Source of the DNA: Octopus sinensis
Taxonomy: Eukaryota
Direction of reading: 5' to 3'
Length of the DNA: 64,000 bases
Assembly (NCBI RefSeq): GCF_006345805.1
Contig: NC_043010.1
Span: forward strand, 39,680,001 to 39,744,000
Under the pieces are notes generated by a model. The model did not search any database. It worked only from the letters and a program-made list of their open reading frames with translations, and had not been told where the DNA came from. Position 1 is the stretch's first letter. Each line of letters opens with the position of its first letter. Below are positions 12,994-23,893 of this stretch, in pieces. The translations under genes and the position numbers were made by a program.

Positions 12994-15555
12994 ATGTTTC
13001 TTTATTAGCCACACAGGGCTGCACACAGATAGAACAAATTACAAGGTAGAGCTTTTTGAAGGTAAAAAAAAAGGGGGGGTCGATCAAAAGGGATCGTAAA
13101 AGGAGAGAAAGAGGACAAAAAAAGGGGGGGGTTAAAAAAAAGGGGGAGAGGAAAAAAATTGATCAATAGGGATCGTTATCACAGAAATGTCAATATGAAG
13201 TGTAAAGGGGAGGACAGGTGAGGTTTACCCGTGGAAAGAAAAGCCTACGGAAAAGACCACGGTAACCTCGGTCAATGAAGTCACATGTTATATTTCTTTT
13301 TTTTTTTTTTTTGCAAATAAGCAACTCTCTGTATTAATTTTTACGGTTCATAGAATCATAGTCAAGGTGGCTTCGTCATTCATACGTGCCATCCTTGCTA
13401 CATTCACCCATCTTTTTTTAAAACATTCACTAGACAAAACTTGCCTCTCTACTCTCACTTTTTTCTTCAAGTGATACTTGAAGAAGTTGATGAGAGATTG
13501 ACCAGAGAGGAAAGTGTTTGTCTCTAATCCTTTCAGACGCGTCCACCAGATACATTCTTTCGCCATAGCCACAAGTATGATAAAAATAGCTCTTCCTTCC
13601 CGTTTGAAGGAAGGAGGCGTGACGATATTAACGATAGACTCGGCTGATAAACCGACACGTTCCACACGTGACAGCAGTCGTTCGACATAATCCCACAGGT
13701 GGGAAATTGCTGGACACTGCACGATTGCGTGCAGAGCGGTTTCGTCGCTCTGCCCGCATCTCGAGCAGGTCGGCCCCGTGTTTCTCGAGCCATGCCTATA
13801 GAGCTTATCCCGAACGGGTAGCGCTTCTCGCTAGCACCGCCAGGCCAGGGATCTCTGGAAGTTGTCCATAGGTCCCGGGCCGAAAGTCGTTTGAAACAGG
13901 CGGGTCAGGTATTCCTCGTCGACGCCCAGGTTTGCCCCGAGCTCGTCGTCGTACCTCCCCTCCACTAATCCCCTATAGAATGCTTTGGTTGTGTTGAAGT
14001 CACTCAAGGTCGACCCGGGACGGCAGAGTTGCTTGAGAGCAACGCGACACTCGCGTGCCATTCGCCCTTCCTCGGCCTCTTTTTGATCCACGACTGTAGT
14101 TCGGTCATGGAGACGAGTTGCGGGAATGCGTGCCTCACAAACGGTGACCACACCTGTTCACCGTCGTCTACATAGAGCCGGAGATGTCGCAGTCTCAGCG
14201 CGTGTCTGCGCATCATCAACCACGGCATGCCCAGCCCTCCTTTTAACGGGTGTTGACAGCAAATGGATCGCCTGACCATCGGGACGCATCCTTTCCACAA
14301 GAAGCGGAAGAGGATACGTTCTAGTTTGGTGATGGTAGGGTCGGGACAAGGTACGACGGTCAGGCGGTAGTAGATGATGGACGCGATGTACGCGTTCACC
14401 ACCTCCGCCCGACCTTTTAGGGACAGTTTCCTCTCGGCCCATTGCTGGGCGAGAGTGACCACCCTATTCGTTATCTCGTTCCAGTTCTTCTCCATTTGGA
14501 GGTCCGGACCGAACCAGACTCCGAGCAACTCAACCGGGCCGTCTGTCCAGCGTCCCACGACGGAGGTACTGGTGGACGGCATGGGCTTGCTTCTCCAGGT
14601 GCCGAGCCGCAAGCCCACTGACTTTTCACGGTTGATTTTTGCTCCTGTCACCGCTTCGTAGTCTTTCAGTGTCTCGCCGACCCGCTCGATGTGCTCGTGG
14701 CTTGACACTATGACGGTGACGTCGTCCGCGTATGCAGACACGCTCGTCCCGCATCCTAATTCTCGCGGGATGCCGCTCAGAGTCGCCAGCTTCCGCAGTA
14801 GTGGCTCAAGAGTCAATACGTATAGAAGCGCCGAGAGGGGGCATCCCTGACGGACCGAACGTGCAATGTCGAAGGGTCTCGATAGATGTCCATTTACGCG
14901 AATTACCGAACGGATGCCTCTGTACAAGGCAGCTATCCAGCCGCGGAAGACGGGACCGAAACCAGCCGCTCTCAGGACTGCCTCCAAGTATCGATGGTCT
15001 ACCTATCAAAGGCTTTCGATTGATCCAAGTTGATCAGGGCCCCACCCATGCCAGGTTCGTTAACTACCCTTTCTATGATGTAGCGCATCAGATGGAGGTT
15101 GTCATGGATGCTCCGGCCCGGCACGGCGCACGTTTGTGCGTTGTCGACCAGTTTCTCCATGACAAGCGCCAACCTCTTGGCTAACACCTTTGTCAAATTT
15201 TTTCACGTCTGCATTGAGCAGAGTGATTGGCCTAAAGTTATCTATAATGTTTCCCTTGTTTGGATCTTTCTTCAGCAGAGTTACAGCTCCTCGACTCACA
15301 AAACCGGGTATGCTCCCGTTTTGCTGCCAGTTGCAGTATACCGCTGCCAAGACGTCTCCAAACAAGTCTGGCATACAATAGTAAAATTCGTAGGGTAGAC
15401 CATCCAAACCCGGTGATTTGTCTCTCGAGCATTCTGCCATCGCTTCCCGCACTTCCGCCGCCGTGATGGCACCTTCGCAGCACCCTGCCTTTCTTGTCGA
15501 GAGTCGTGGCAGGCTATGTAGGTAGGCACTGAAGTCTACCCTACGTTCTTGCCCT
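12994..15555 (-). mobile_element. 5'-truncated Tx1-clade (L1 group) non-LTR retrotransposon
   Basis: GC-rich block containing an RT-encoding ORF2, a pyrimidine-rich 3' UTR and a 3' end AATAAAGAAACAT-(ATCT)n. Flanked on both sides by (GATA)n. Confidence 0.92.
13348..15554 (-). pseudogene. ORF2 reverse transcriptase and C-terminal CCHC zinc finger, disrupted
   Basis: KSPGLDGLPYEFY, NFRPITLLNAD, LDQSKAFDR, SVRQGCPLS, SAYADDV, GAKINREKS, KGGLGMP and CSRCGQSDETALHAIVQC. Three frameshifts (about 15200, 15000, 14040) and an in-frame TAG at 13831-13833. Confidence 0.93.
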
Positions 15556-15584
15556 CAGACAGACAGACAGATAGATAGATAGAC

Positions 15585-15619
<35 letters not shown>

Positions 15620-15634
15620 AGATAGATAGATAGG

Positions 15635-15710
<76 letters not shown>

Positions 15711-15735
15711 CGGGCGATAGACAGAGAGAGAGAGA
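15556..15735. repeat. (GACA/GATA)n microsatellite
   Basis: Visible array at the LINE 5' junction. Confidence 0.95.
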
Positions 15736-16417
15736 TATACAGTAAATACAATAGAATATTACAAAGAAAAACTAAACAACAAATATATTGTCGAGAAGAA
15801 TAACTGGATTTATAACCATGTATTTAATATAGGAAGAGTGATTAATGTGTTCTGCTCTCTTAATCACAACATACACGATGTTAACGAGTTGTTGTTTTGA
15901 CTACACATAGGTGAGCTTCGGTTTCATAACAAACATTTCTAATAAGACACATATTTATAACACTAAAATATTGCAATCTCATGTGGCTTCTCGGGTCTCG
16001 GTGTACAAAAGTCGCACATGTATCAGTGTGTATTTCTCTGAGTCATTAACAATTTGCATCACTTCCAAGTGTTCTGATGTTCTCCCCCATAGCGTGAAAC
16101 TTTCGTGAAGTGTATTTTATTTCCCTTGTGTGCTAATCCAAGCCATACGTAAAGCTTGTTTAAAATCCCCCGAAATGTACGTAAATCCATCGAGCCGATG
16201 TTGCTCACGGGTATCAGTATTATATAAAATGTTCGTGGTGAATATTAGCATTACTTAAACTGTTATCTAACTTGTAGTGATTCCCGTATCTTATAGAACT
16301 TCACTGGTGAGAAATGTACGATTAAAGAACTTCACTGCCGACGAATGTGCAAATTAAACGTCTCTAAAGATCCTATTTCATTCTTGATATAAATTTTTAA
16401 AAAACGAAAAAAACTGG

Positions 16418-16690
16418 CACTGTATTGGTTATGACGACGAGGGCTCCAGTTGATACGATCACCACAACACTCTCTTCGCGAAATTAACGTGGCTGAGTAC
16501 TCCACAGACACGCGTACGCGTAATGTAAATCTGAGAGTGATTCAGCGAACCTTTGAAATACAGACACTACAGAATTTTGCCAGCTAAGTAAACTGGAGCG
16601 AGGGGAAATAAAGTATCTTGCGCCGACAGGAATCGAACTCATGTCCTTACGATTGTGAGTCGAAAATCCTAAACACTAAGCCATGCGCCG
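16418..16690 (-). mobile_element. tRNA-derived SINE related to family C, with a different 3' module
   Basis: The reverse complement begins ggcgcatggcttagtg..gagttcgattcc and shares ctccagtttact..agctg with family C. Confidence 0.65.
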
Positions 16691-16782
16691 CTATTTTATG
16701 AGTCGATATAACAAATTCAAATATGCACAAACTACTCTGTGCATCAGAAGTATTCATTTATCACCATGTGAAATATTCCCTT

Positions 16783-17335
16783 CTACTCTACGCACAAGGC
16801 CCGAAATTTTAGGGAAGGGGGTCTGTCGATTAGATCGACCCCAGCACGCAACTGGTACTTAATTTATTGACTCCTGAAGGATGAATGGTAAAGTCGACCT
16901 CGGCGGAATTTGAACTCAGAATGTAAAGATAGACAAAATACCTATTTCTTTACTACCCACAAGGGGCTAAACACAGAGGGGACAAAAAAGGACAGACAAA
17001 CGGATTAAGTCAATTATATCGACCCCAGTGCGTAACTGGTACTTATTTAATCGACCCCGAAAGGATGAAAGGCAAAGTCGACCTCGGCGGAATTTGAACG
17101 CAGAACGTAGCGGCAGACGAAATGCGGCTAGGCATTTCGCCCGGCGTGCGAACGTTTCTTATTTCTTTATTGCCCACAAGGGACTAAATATAGAGGTGAC
17201 AAACAAGGACAGACAAAGGGATTAAGGCGATTACATCGACCCCGTGCGTATCTGGTTCTTAATTTATCGACCCCGTAAAAACGATGAAAGGTAAAGTCGA
17301 TCTCGGTAGAATTTGAACTTAGAACATGTAGGCTA
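16783..17335 (-). mobile_element. Three head-to-tail SINE family B copies (16783-16940, 16940-17160, 17160-17335)
   Basis: The block aaagtcga.ctcgg..gaatttgaac recurs three times in the same orientation, with two alternative tails. Confidence 0.85.
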
Positions 17336-17577
17336 CTACTGGGGCAAATGTTTTCCTCTCTCTGATAATTTGTGTTTTTGGTTGTGTGTGTTGATGTTAT
17401 CTGCAGCACATTTACCGCGAAATTTTGAATCGATATCTCTTGTGTTTTTAGCTCAAGTTCGTCAGAGATTTTCTTTCAGGACAAATATTATTGCTTTGTT
17501 CTAGCCTCAGTGCTGTTTATATTGTGTAAGATACAGAGACATATATTTTGATCCAATAATGGCTCAATTGTGCATGA

Positions 17578-17755
17578 CGCTAAGCTGGCAGCATAGCGAG
17601 CCGCACAAGATGTTTAGTGGCATTTCTTCCGGTTCTACGTTCTTAGTTAAAATTCCACCGTGGTCGACCTGCGCATTTCTCTTTAGGAGTCGATAAAATA
17701 AGGAGTCCATGCAATCAAATAACCACACCTCTTACAATTTTTGGCTTGTGACTAT
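17578..17755 (+). mobile_element. SINE family B, degenerate
   Basis: agctggcag..tagc..aaattccacc.tggtcgac..gagtcgataaaataa. Confidence 0.6.
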
Positions 17756-17951
17756 ACTAGATGTGCCATATATATATATATATGATTATTAAAATTATAA
17801 ATTAGGGTATCTACGAGATACCACCATACTAAAAAATAGCAGCCATGATCTGACTCCAAAACCATTTTAATAATTATTACCTTTCAAGGTTATTTTTTCC
17901 ATGCTGGCCACTTGATAACATCGTTATTTTATTTTAAGTTAACGATCTTAT

Positions 17952-17954
<3 letters not shown>

Positions 17955-17991
<37 letters not shown>

Positions 17992-18094
17992 TGTTTTATA
18001 TGTTTCAGTTATTTGTCTGCGTCCATGCTGGAGGGACTAACACAGACACAGGCACATACATACATACACACACACACGCACACACACACACACA

Positions 18095-18166
<72 letters not shown>

Positions 18167-18171
18167 ATTTG

Positions 18172-18204
<33 letters not shown>

Positions 18205-18271
18205 GTGCGTGTGTGTGTATGTAGGTGTATGTATGTATATGTATATGTATATGTATATATATGTGTATATG

Positions 18272-18302
<31 letters not shown>

Positions 18303-18325
18303 ATGTATATATATATATATGTATG

Positions 18326-18358
<33 letters not shown>

Positions 18359-18440
18359 TTGTATGTATATATATGTGCGTATGTATGTATACATATGTAT
18401 ATTCGCATGTGTATGTATGTGTGTTTGTATGTATATTTAT
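17955..18440. repeat. Compound (TA)/(CA)/(TG)n microsatellite
   Basis: Visible array. It explains six overlapping junk ORFs. Confidence 0.95.
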
Positions 18441-18782
18441 TTTATATGTTCTTTCATGTATATTTATCTATTTATTCCCTCCACCTAACAATAACAAACT
18501 GCCTACCTCTCCTTGACCACCAAAAAGCAATTGTCGTCTAATTTACCTAAAATCCCGTCCCATATATCTGTTTCTATTCATTTATTCTATTTATTCATTT
18601 ATTTATTTTCTCACTGATTCTTCTCATTTCAAAAAACACTCTGGCTTTTTGACCCCTCCCCTAAGAACAATAGCTTGTGCCCTGTTTATCTCCTAAATAC
18701 CAACCTACCCAAAAAACGTCCCCCACCACCACTCCATTAAATCTGCCTAAATACATAAATACCAGAACTTATTTTGACAGCC

Positions 18783-18833
18783 AGCTTCCTGAAGATTTCA
18801 TCTGAATGAAACAGTTCTAGTCCTGTAGAAGCT
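18783..18833 (+). ncRNA. Type I hammerhead ribozyme, near-canonical
   Basis: AGCUUC-CUGAAGA-UUUCAUCUGAAU-GAAACAG-UUCUAGUC-CUGUA-GAAGCU: 6-bp stem I, intact CUGANGA/GAAA core, 4-bp stem III and a GUA site (predicted cut after 18827). Stem II has 3 bp and a U-U at its base. AATAAA follows at 18844. Confidence 0.75.
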
Positions 18834-18915
18834 CCTTCTATAAAATAAAGTACTTTACTCTGCTATGTATTGAGTACCTTATTTACTGTGGTTAACCCCG
18901 ACTCAACCCGGGACC

Positions 18916-18951
<36 letters not shown>

Positions 18952-19232
18952 CAACAATTGAGGGTAAAATTAATTAATTATTAATCAATTTCACCAAGTA
19001 TTCAGTATGTAAAGGGACCATTATAGGCGAATTCAAAATATTACATTATATATAAGGGCTTAGTAAAATAAATTACTTTGCCACATACTGAACTCATTAG
19101 AAATAGCAGCTAAAGAAATTTCTTCAGCTATTTCTCATACTTAAAGAAGATCTCTCTCAGATAGTGTTTGCCTAAACTAACTCACAAAAGTATGGGGGAA
19201 AAAACATTAAAAAATCAAGTGCAAAGGTTATT

Positions 19233-19284
19233 TGAGAACGTACGTTTCTAGATTAGTCAATTCGACATTTCTTTCTTCAGCTCA
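19233..19284 (-). ncRNA. Minimal type I hammerhead-like motif (antisense copy)
   Basis: Exact reverse complement of 19789-19840. Confidence 0.55.
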
Positions 19285-19788
19285 GAATTCCTTGAATCGG
19301 ATTTGGGAACACTGAAAGTCGGGAGCATACCCTTTCGGCTTCTAATCACCTCTATCTGAGAGAGATCTTCTTTAAGTATTAGAAATAGCTGAAGAAATTT
19401 CTTTAGCTGCTATTTCTAATGAGTTCAGTATGTGGCAAAGTAATTTATTTTACTAAGCCCTTATATATAATGTAATATATTTTGAATTCGCCTATAATGG
19501 TCCCTTTACATACTGAATACTTGGTGAAATTGATTATAATTAATTAATTTTACCCTCAATTGTTGAAATTATAATTCATCTTTTCTGTAAAATGCTGCGG
19601 TTTTCACCGTTAATACATGGTGTTTGTCAATTTTAACCCACGCTGGTGGAAAGGGGAGAGCAGAAATTCTTCGCTTGCATATTCGAATTTGATAGCACTT
19701 TTAGTTCGAGCAGAATTCTAGAGGTGATTAGAAGCCGAAAGGGTGTGCTCCCGACTTTCAGTGTTCCCAAATCCGATTCAAGGAATTC

Positions 19789-19840
19789 TGAGCTGAAGAA
19801 AGAAATGTCGAATTGACTAATCTAGAAACGTACGTTCTCA
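19789..19840 (+). ncRNA. Minimal type I hammerhead-like motif
   Basis: UGAG-CUGAAGA-A AGA aau GUC gaauu GAC uaa UCU A-GAAAC-GUAC-GUU-CUCA: 4-bp stem I, 2-bp stem III with a palindromic GUAC loop and a GUU site. A-A mismatch at the base of stem II. Confidence 0.55.
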
Positions 19841-20028
19841 AATAACCTTTGCACTTGATTTTTTAATGTTTTTTCCCCCATACTTTTGTGAGTTAGTTTA
19901 GGCAAACACTATCTGAGAGAGATCTCTTTTAGTATAGAAATAGCTGAAGAAATTTCTTTAGCTGTCTATTTCTAATGAGTTCAGTATGTGGGCAAGTAAT
20001 TTATTTTACTAAGCCCTTATATATAATG

Positions 20029-20067
<39 letters not shown>

Positions 20068-20124
20068 TATATTATATATATTATATAATATATATACTAT
20101 ATATATTATTTTGTGTGTGTGTGT

Positions 20125-20280
20125 GTGTGCGACAGGCATCTTTCGGTTTCCGCCTACCAAATCCACTCACAAGGTCGGCCCGTGGCTACAGTAAAAGATA
20201 CTTGACCAAGGTACCACGCAGTGGGACTGAAAGTGGAACCATGTGGTTGAGAAGCAAGCTTTTTACTATACTGCCACACT
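20125..20280 (-). mobile_element. SINE family A
   Basis: ctaccaaatccactcacaagg..ccaaggtaccacgcagtgggactg..gaaccatgtggttg..gcaagc. Confidence 0.85.
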
Positions 20281-20358
20281 TATACACACCCCTACAGATG
20301 CGCACACTCACACATATATATGTACATATATAAATTTATACATATTTACATACAACAT

Positions 20359-20408
<50 letters not shown>

Positions 20409-21124
20409 AGTATATGTATACACTCAAACACATACATACAGAGAGAGATGGAAAGGGTGATAGGTAGTTGTAGTTATGAAATAATGCGATCCGTGTGTGC
20501 TATTCAGTCCTTTATAGAAAAAAAAATCATACACTGAATTTATTAGCCATCATATGTTAGGGTCGACGTTAAATACCGACAACACTATTGAATTTCATTG
20601 ATCGTACTTCAGATGTACTACATAGATAGACCGTTTGATCTAGCTCTCACAAGCACGCAGCGTATTATAAAACATTATTATTCTCAAAACCTTTAACATC
20701 GATGTATTAATTTTCGTGTTATATTTTATGCTAACATTGTTGTTATGTGTAAACCATTTCTTTTTTTTTTATTATCTTTACTTCAGTTCAAAGAGTTATC
20801 TCTTATAGAAGTGCACCAATGAATGTCAGAATTATATTAAAGATCTTCGAATTTGCACTAAAAGTTTGTATGTTATCATCCTAGGGATAAGTCCACTCTT
20901 TGCTGTATGACAACTGACATTTAATGTGCCGTACCTAATGACTGTGTTTCAATATTGCCTTGCGAAATGAATGACGTTTGTACACAGTTACACATACACA
21001 CGCGCGCGTGCAAATGTGCACACACTTGCATAACTTATATATATTTCAAAATGTAACAACATGTCGATTGTTGGCGATATTTTTCCTCTGTCTTCCTTTT
21101 CTCTTGGACTTGCATCTGCCTCCT

Positions 21125-21160
21125 GTTTCTGAAGAAGAGCTTCGCTCGAAATGTGATACT
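21125..21160 (+). ncRNA. Degenerate minimal hammerhead-like motif
   Basis: CUGAAGA-A-GAGC-UUC-GCUC-GAAA is present, but stem III, the cleavage triplet and stem I are decayed. Confidence 0.3.
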
Positions 21161-21579
21161 ACCTTTCTTCCCTTCCGTGAGCATTTGTTAATACCGTGCA
21201 TGTGCCAAGTCCTCGTATTGATGCTTTTTCTCGTGTCTTTTCTTTGTTTCTCTTTATTAATTATATACATACACACACATACACACACACAACACACACA
21301 CACACACACACAGATATATATATATATACGTACCGGAGTAAGCACATAAATGTGAAAAAAGGTGGACAAAATAGTACTCAAATACCAGAGGTAGAGAAAT
21401 GATTTATAATTAAATCTATTACTCAGAGTTTCACGTTCACGTTCGTCGGACAAAAATTATATATAGATGAACTATTGCTTTTCTTAATATTATTAATAAG
21501 GTAATAATAAGGTGGCAAGCAAGTTCACACCGTTACATGCACAATATAATCTAAATTTAAATTCAGTAGGGTATATAAT

Positions 21580-21793
21580 ACCTATTTCTTTATTACCCAC
21601 AAGGGGCTAAACACAGAGGAGACAAACAAGGACAGACATAGGTATTAAGTCGATTACATCAACCCCAGTGCGTAACTGGTACTTAATTTATCGACCCCGA
21701 AAGGATGAAAGGCAAAGTCGACCTCGGCGGAATTTGAACTCACAACGTAACGCAGACGAAATACCGCTAAGCATTTCTGCCAGCTCGCCGCCT
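21580..21793 (-). mobile_element. SINE family B
   Basis: cccacaaggggctaaacacagagg..accccagtgcgtaactggtact..gtcgacctcggcggaatttgaactc..cagctcgccgcc. Confidence 0.9.
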
Positions 21794-22229
21794 TTAGGGT
21801 ATATAATACCACTTGCTAAAATTAGAGCCACTGCTCCTCGAGAACTACAATACCTCTGGACTATAACATATGTGTTTGTGCGTGTGTGTGTGTGTGTTAC
21901 AATAAAGTTCCTATTTATGAGAATGCTGATGTGTTTTTCCAGTATTTCGGTATGTTTTGGCTGAGAATGAGAATGTTGGCGCTGTCCAAAGTCGTTTAAA
22001 TAACCGGTTATCTGTTTTGGATCGATTAGGTATTGAAATCATTAAGATTCCTGGTGGCTGCATATCATTAAAGTTTAATAGGTCTAATATTATCTAGGTG
22101 TTGGGATTTTCTCCGTGGCCTAAAATCTTAAAAGGGTTTTCTTTTTTTGCAAAGGATAGACAAACATATGTTTTAGCATTCATGAATTTTGAGACTTCAC
22201 TGTGTTCATCGATTCATTGCTCTTTCTTC

Positions 22230-22850
22230 CTTTTCGTGAAGCCGATGCCATTTTCTACAGATCTTAGGATGATGATTTAAATTTTGGCCACATTTCATTC
22301 ATGTCCTGGATTTTGACGAAAAGAAAATTTGAGTCGGTTTATGAGGGGTTTGCGGTCCGCCCAACATTCGTTTCCCTTCCTTGCTATTTTAGTAATAGTG
22401 ACGTCTTCCTTGAAGGACTCATGGGTGCGAATGTAGTCATGCACATACCAATAATTATACCATAGATATTATACCAATTAATCCATGTAACGCGTTTGGA
22501 GACGGGCACGAGTGTTAGTAATGAAGGGTTCATACCCGACACTGTTTCAAGTTGCACTGTAATATTCGGTGACTAGTTTGCCCATAACGTACTTCCATTG
22601 GAGGCAACTCTTTCTGATTCTGGAATAAAAATCAGCACGCTTGATGAGACTCTATTTAGGTGGTGCTTGGGAATAATGATGGTCAGTTGCTGGGGAAATA
22701 GTTTTTACCTTTTTTTTCATCCGTTTCGAGAGTAGGTGCATAGGTGGAAATGAAATGAGTGAGTCCTGAGTCCGTCATCTTCGTTGTCCCCTCAGGAAAC
22801 TCAACATCATATAAGTGTAGGCAGAACATAGGACATGACTTCAAAATAGC
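22230..22850 (-). pseudogene. RTE-clade LINE apurinic endonuclease fragment
   Basis: Manual translation gives APTLETDEKK, IPKH, FITNT, DVTITKIAR and ECWADR in the order expected for RTE EN (APT..IPK..GDFNAR..ITNT..DV.VTK..CWTDH). Many frameshifts. Confidence 0.6.
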
Positions 22851-23893
22851 AATCAGTGGATTCTCCTATATGTGACCGATATGAAAAACATTTTCTGAAT
22901 CACTCAATTGTCATGACAATCGGAATCATGATCAAGATCTCTGATGCAGCATGTCGTTGGCGGGCCAGTCTAGACGCTTTCCTAGTCAGTGTTCGGCACT
23001 GGACTTTGTTCTCTGTTCTTTGTCATGCATATCAGGTTCGATGTGTTGTGACCTGCTGCCGAACCAGGAATGTTTCCGTCTGCCTCACTCTCACTATGAT
23101 AAAATAATGTCGGACACCGACATGAAAAGAAAACATCCATCCTGGCCCAAGTACTGGCGTGACTGAAGGTGAACATTTTTGTTGTGTGACAAGATTTTCA
23201 GGTTCGACGTTCCAGCAATTCCTCTTAAAGTGCCATCCATGACGAGGTTCATTATAATAATTCTTAACATTTCTTATAATTAAAATTATTCCATGATGTA
23301 AATGAAGAATTGATAAATACTTATAAGTGTAAAGCTTTCCTTATCACACATATGTATGTGTAGATTTAGCGTATAATAAAAACGGAAGTATGTTAAGATA
23401 TAATTAGCATTCTTCTGACTTAATATATTTGCTGTGATTCATCTCTTCGCTCATATATTGTCATAACAGGAAATTGATTATAATAACTATATTCTCAAGT
23501 TAACTCTCAGGAATTATTAATAATAGGTTGTCAATTAAATAACTTGAATTAATAACCATCTTAATCAAAATTTCCCTTCCAGTTTGTGTTTAGATCTTGT
23601 AAGAAGAATTTCTATAATCACCGAACAATTTTTCAATTCAATGTTGTAGATATTTTATTAATGCTTTGTTTGATTCACCGATTCCGTATTAAATTAGTTG
23701 CATATCTGCTTTTATCTTCACAAAATGACAAATAATTGACAATAATTATAGAGTAATGAAAGTGAATTTTCCCTATTTATTTCTAAAGCATGAGAAGGCC
23801 GGTTGAAGCAGATGGATATTCTCACTGATATGATCTCATATTTTTTTAGAGTAAAGTATGATAACAGTTTGTGAAAAGGTTTTGATACAATGA

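Larger units (their letters stand above)
18950..20035. repeat. Compound inverted repeat A-B-A'-C-B'-A'', probably derived from PLE terminal repeats
   Basis: 18950-19164 pairs with 19352-19567, and about 19037-19354 pairs with 19719-20035. Only a few mismatches or indels. Bounded by (TA)n on both sides. Confidence 0.9.

Noticed and set aside
16783-17335. CRISPR-like array from recurring blocks
   Set aside because: Eukaryotic SINE copies of 150-220 bp, not short repeats with unique spacers, and no cas genes.
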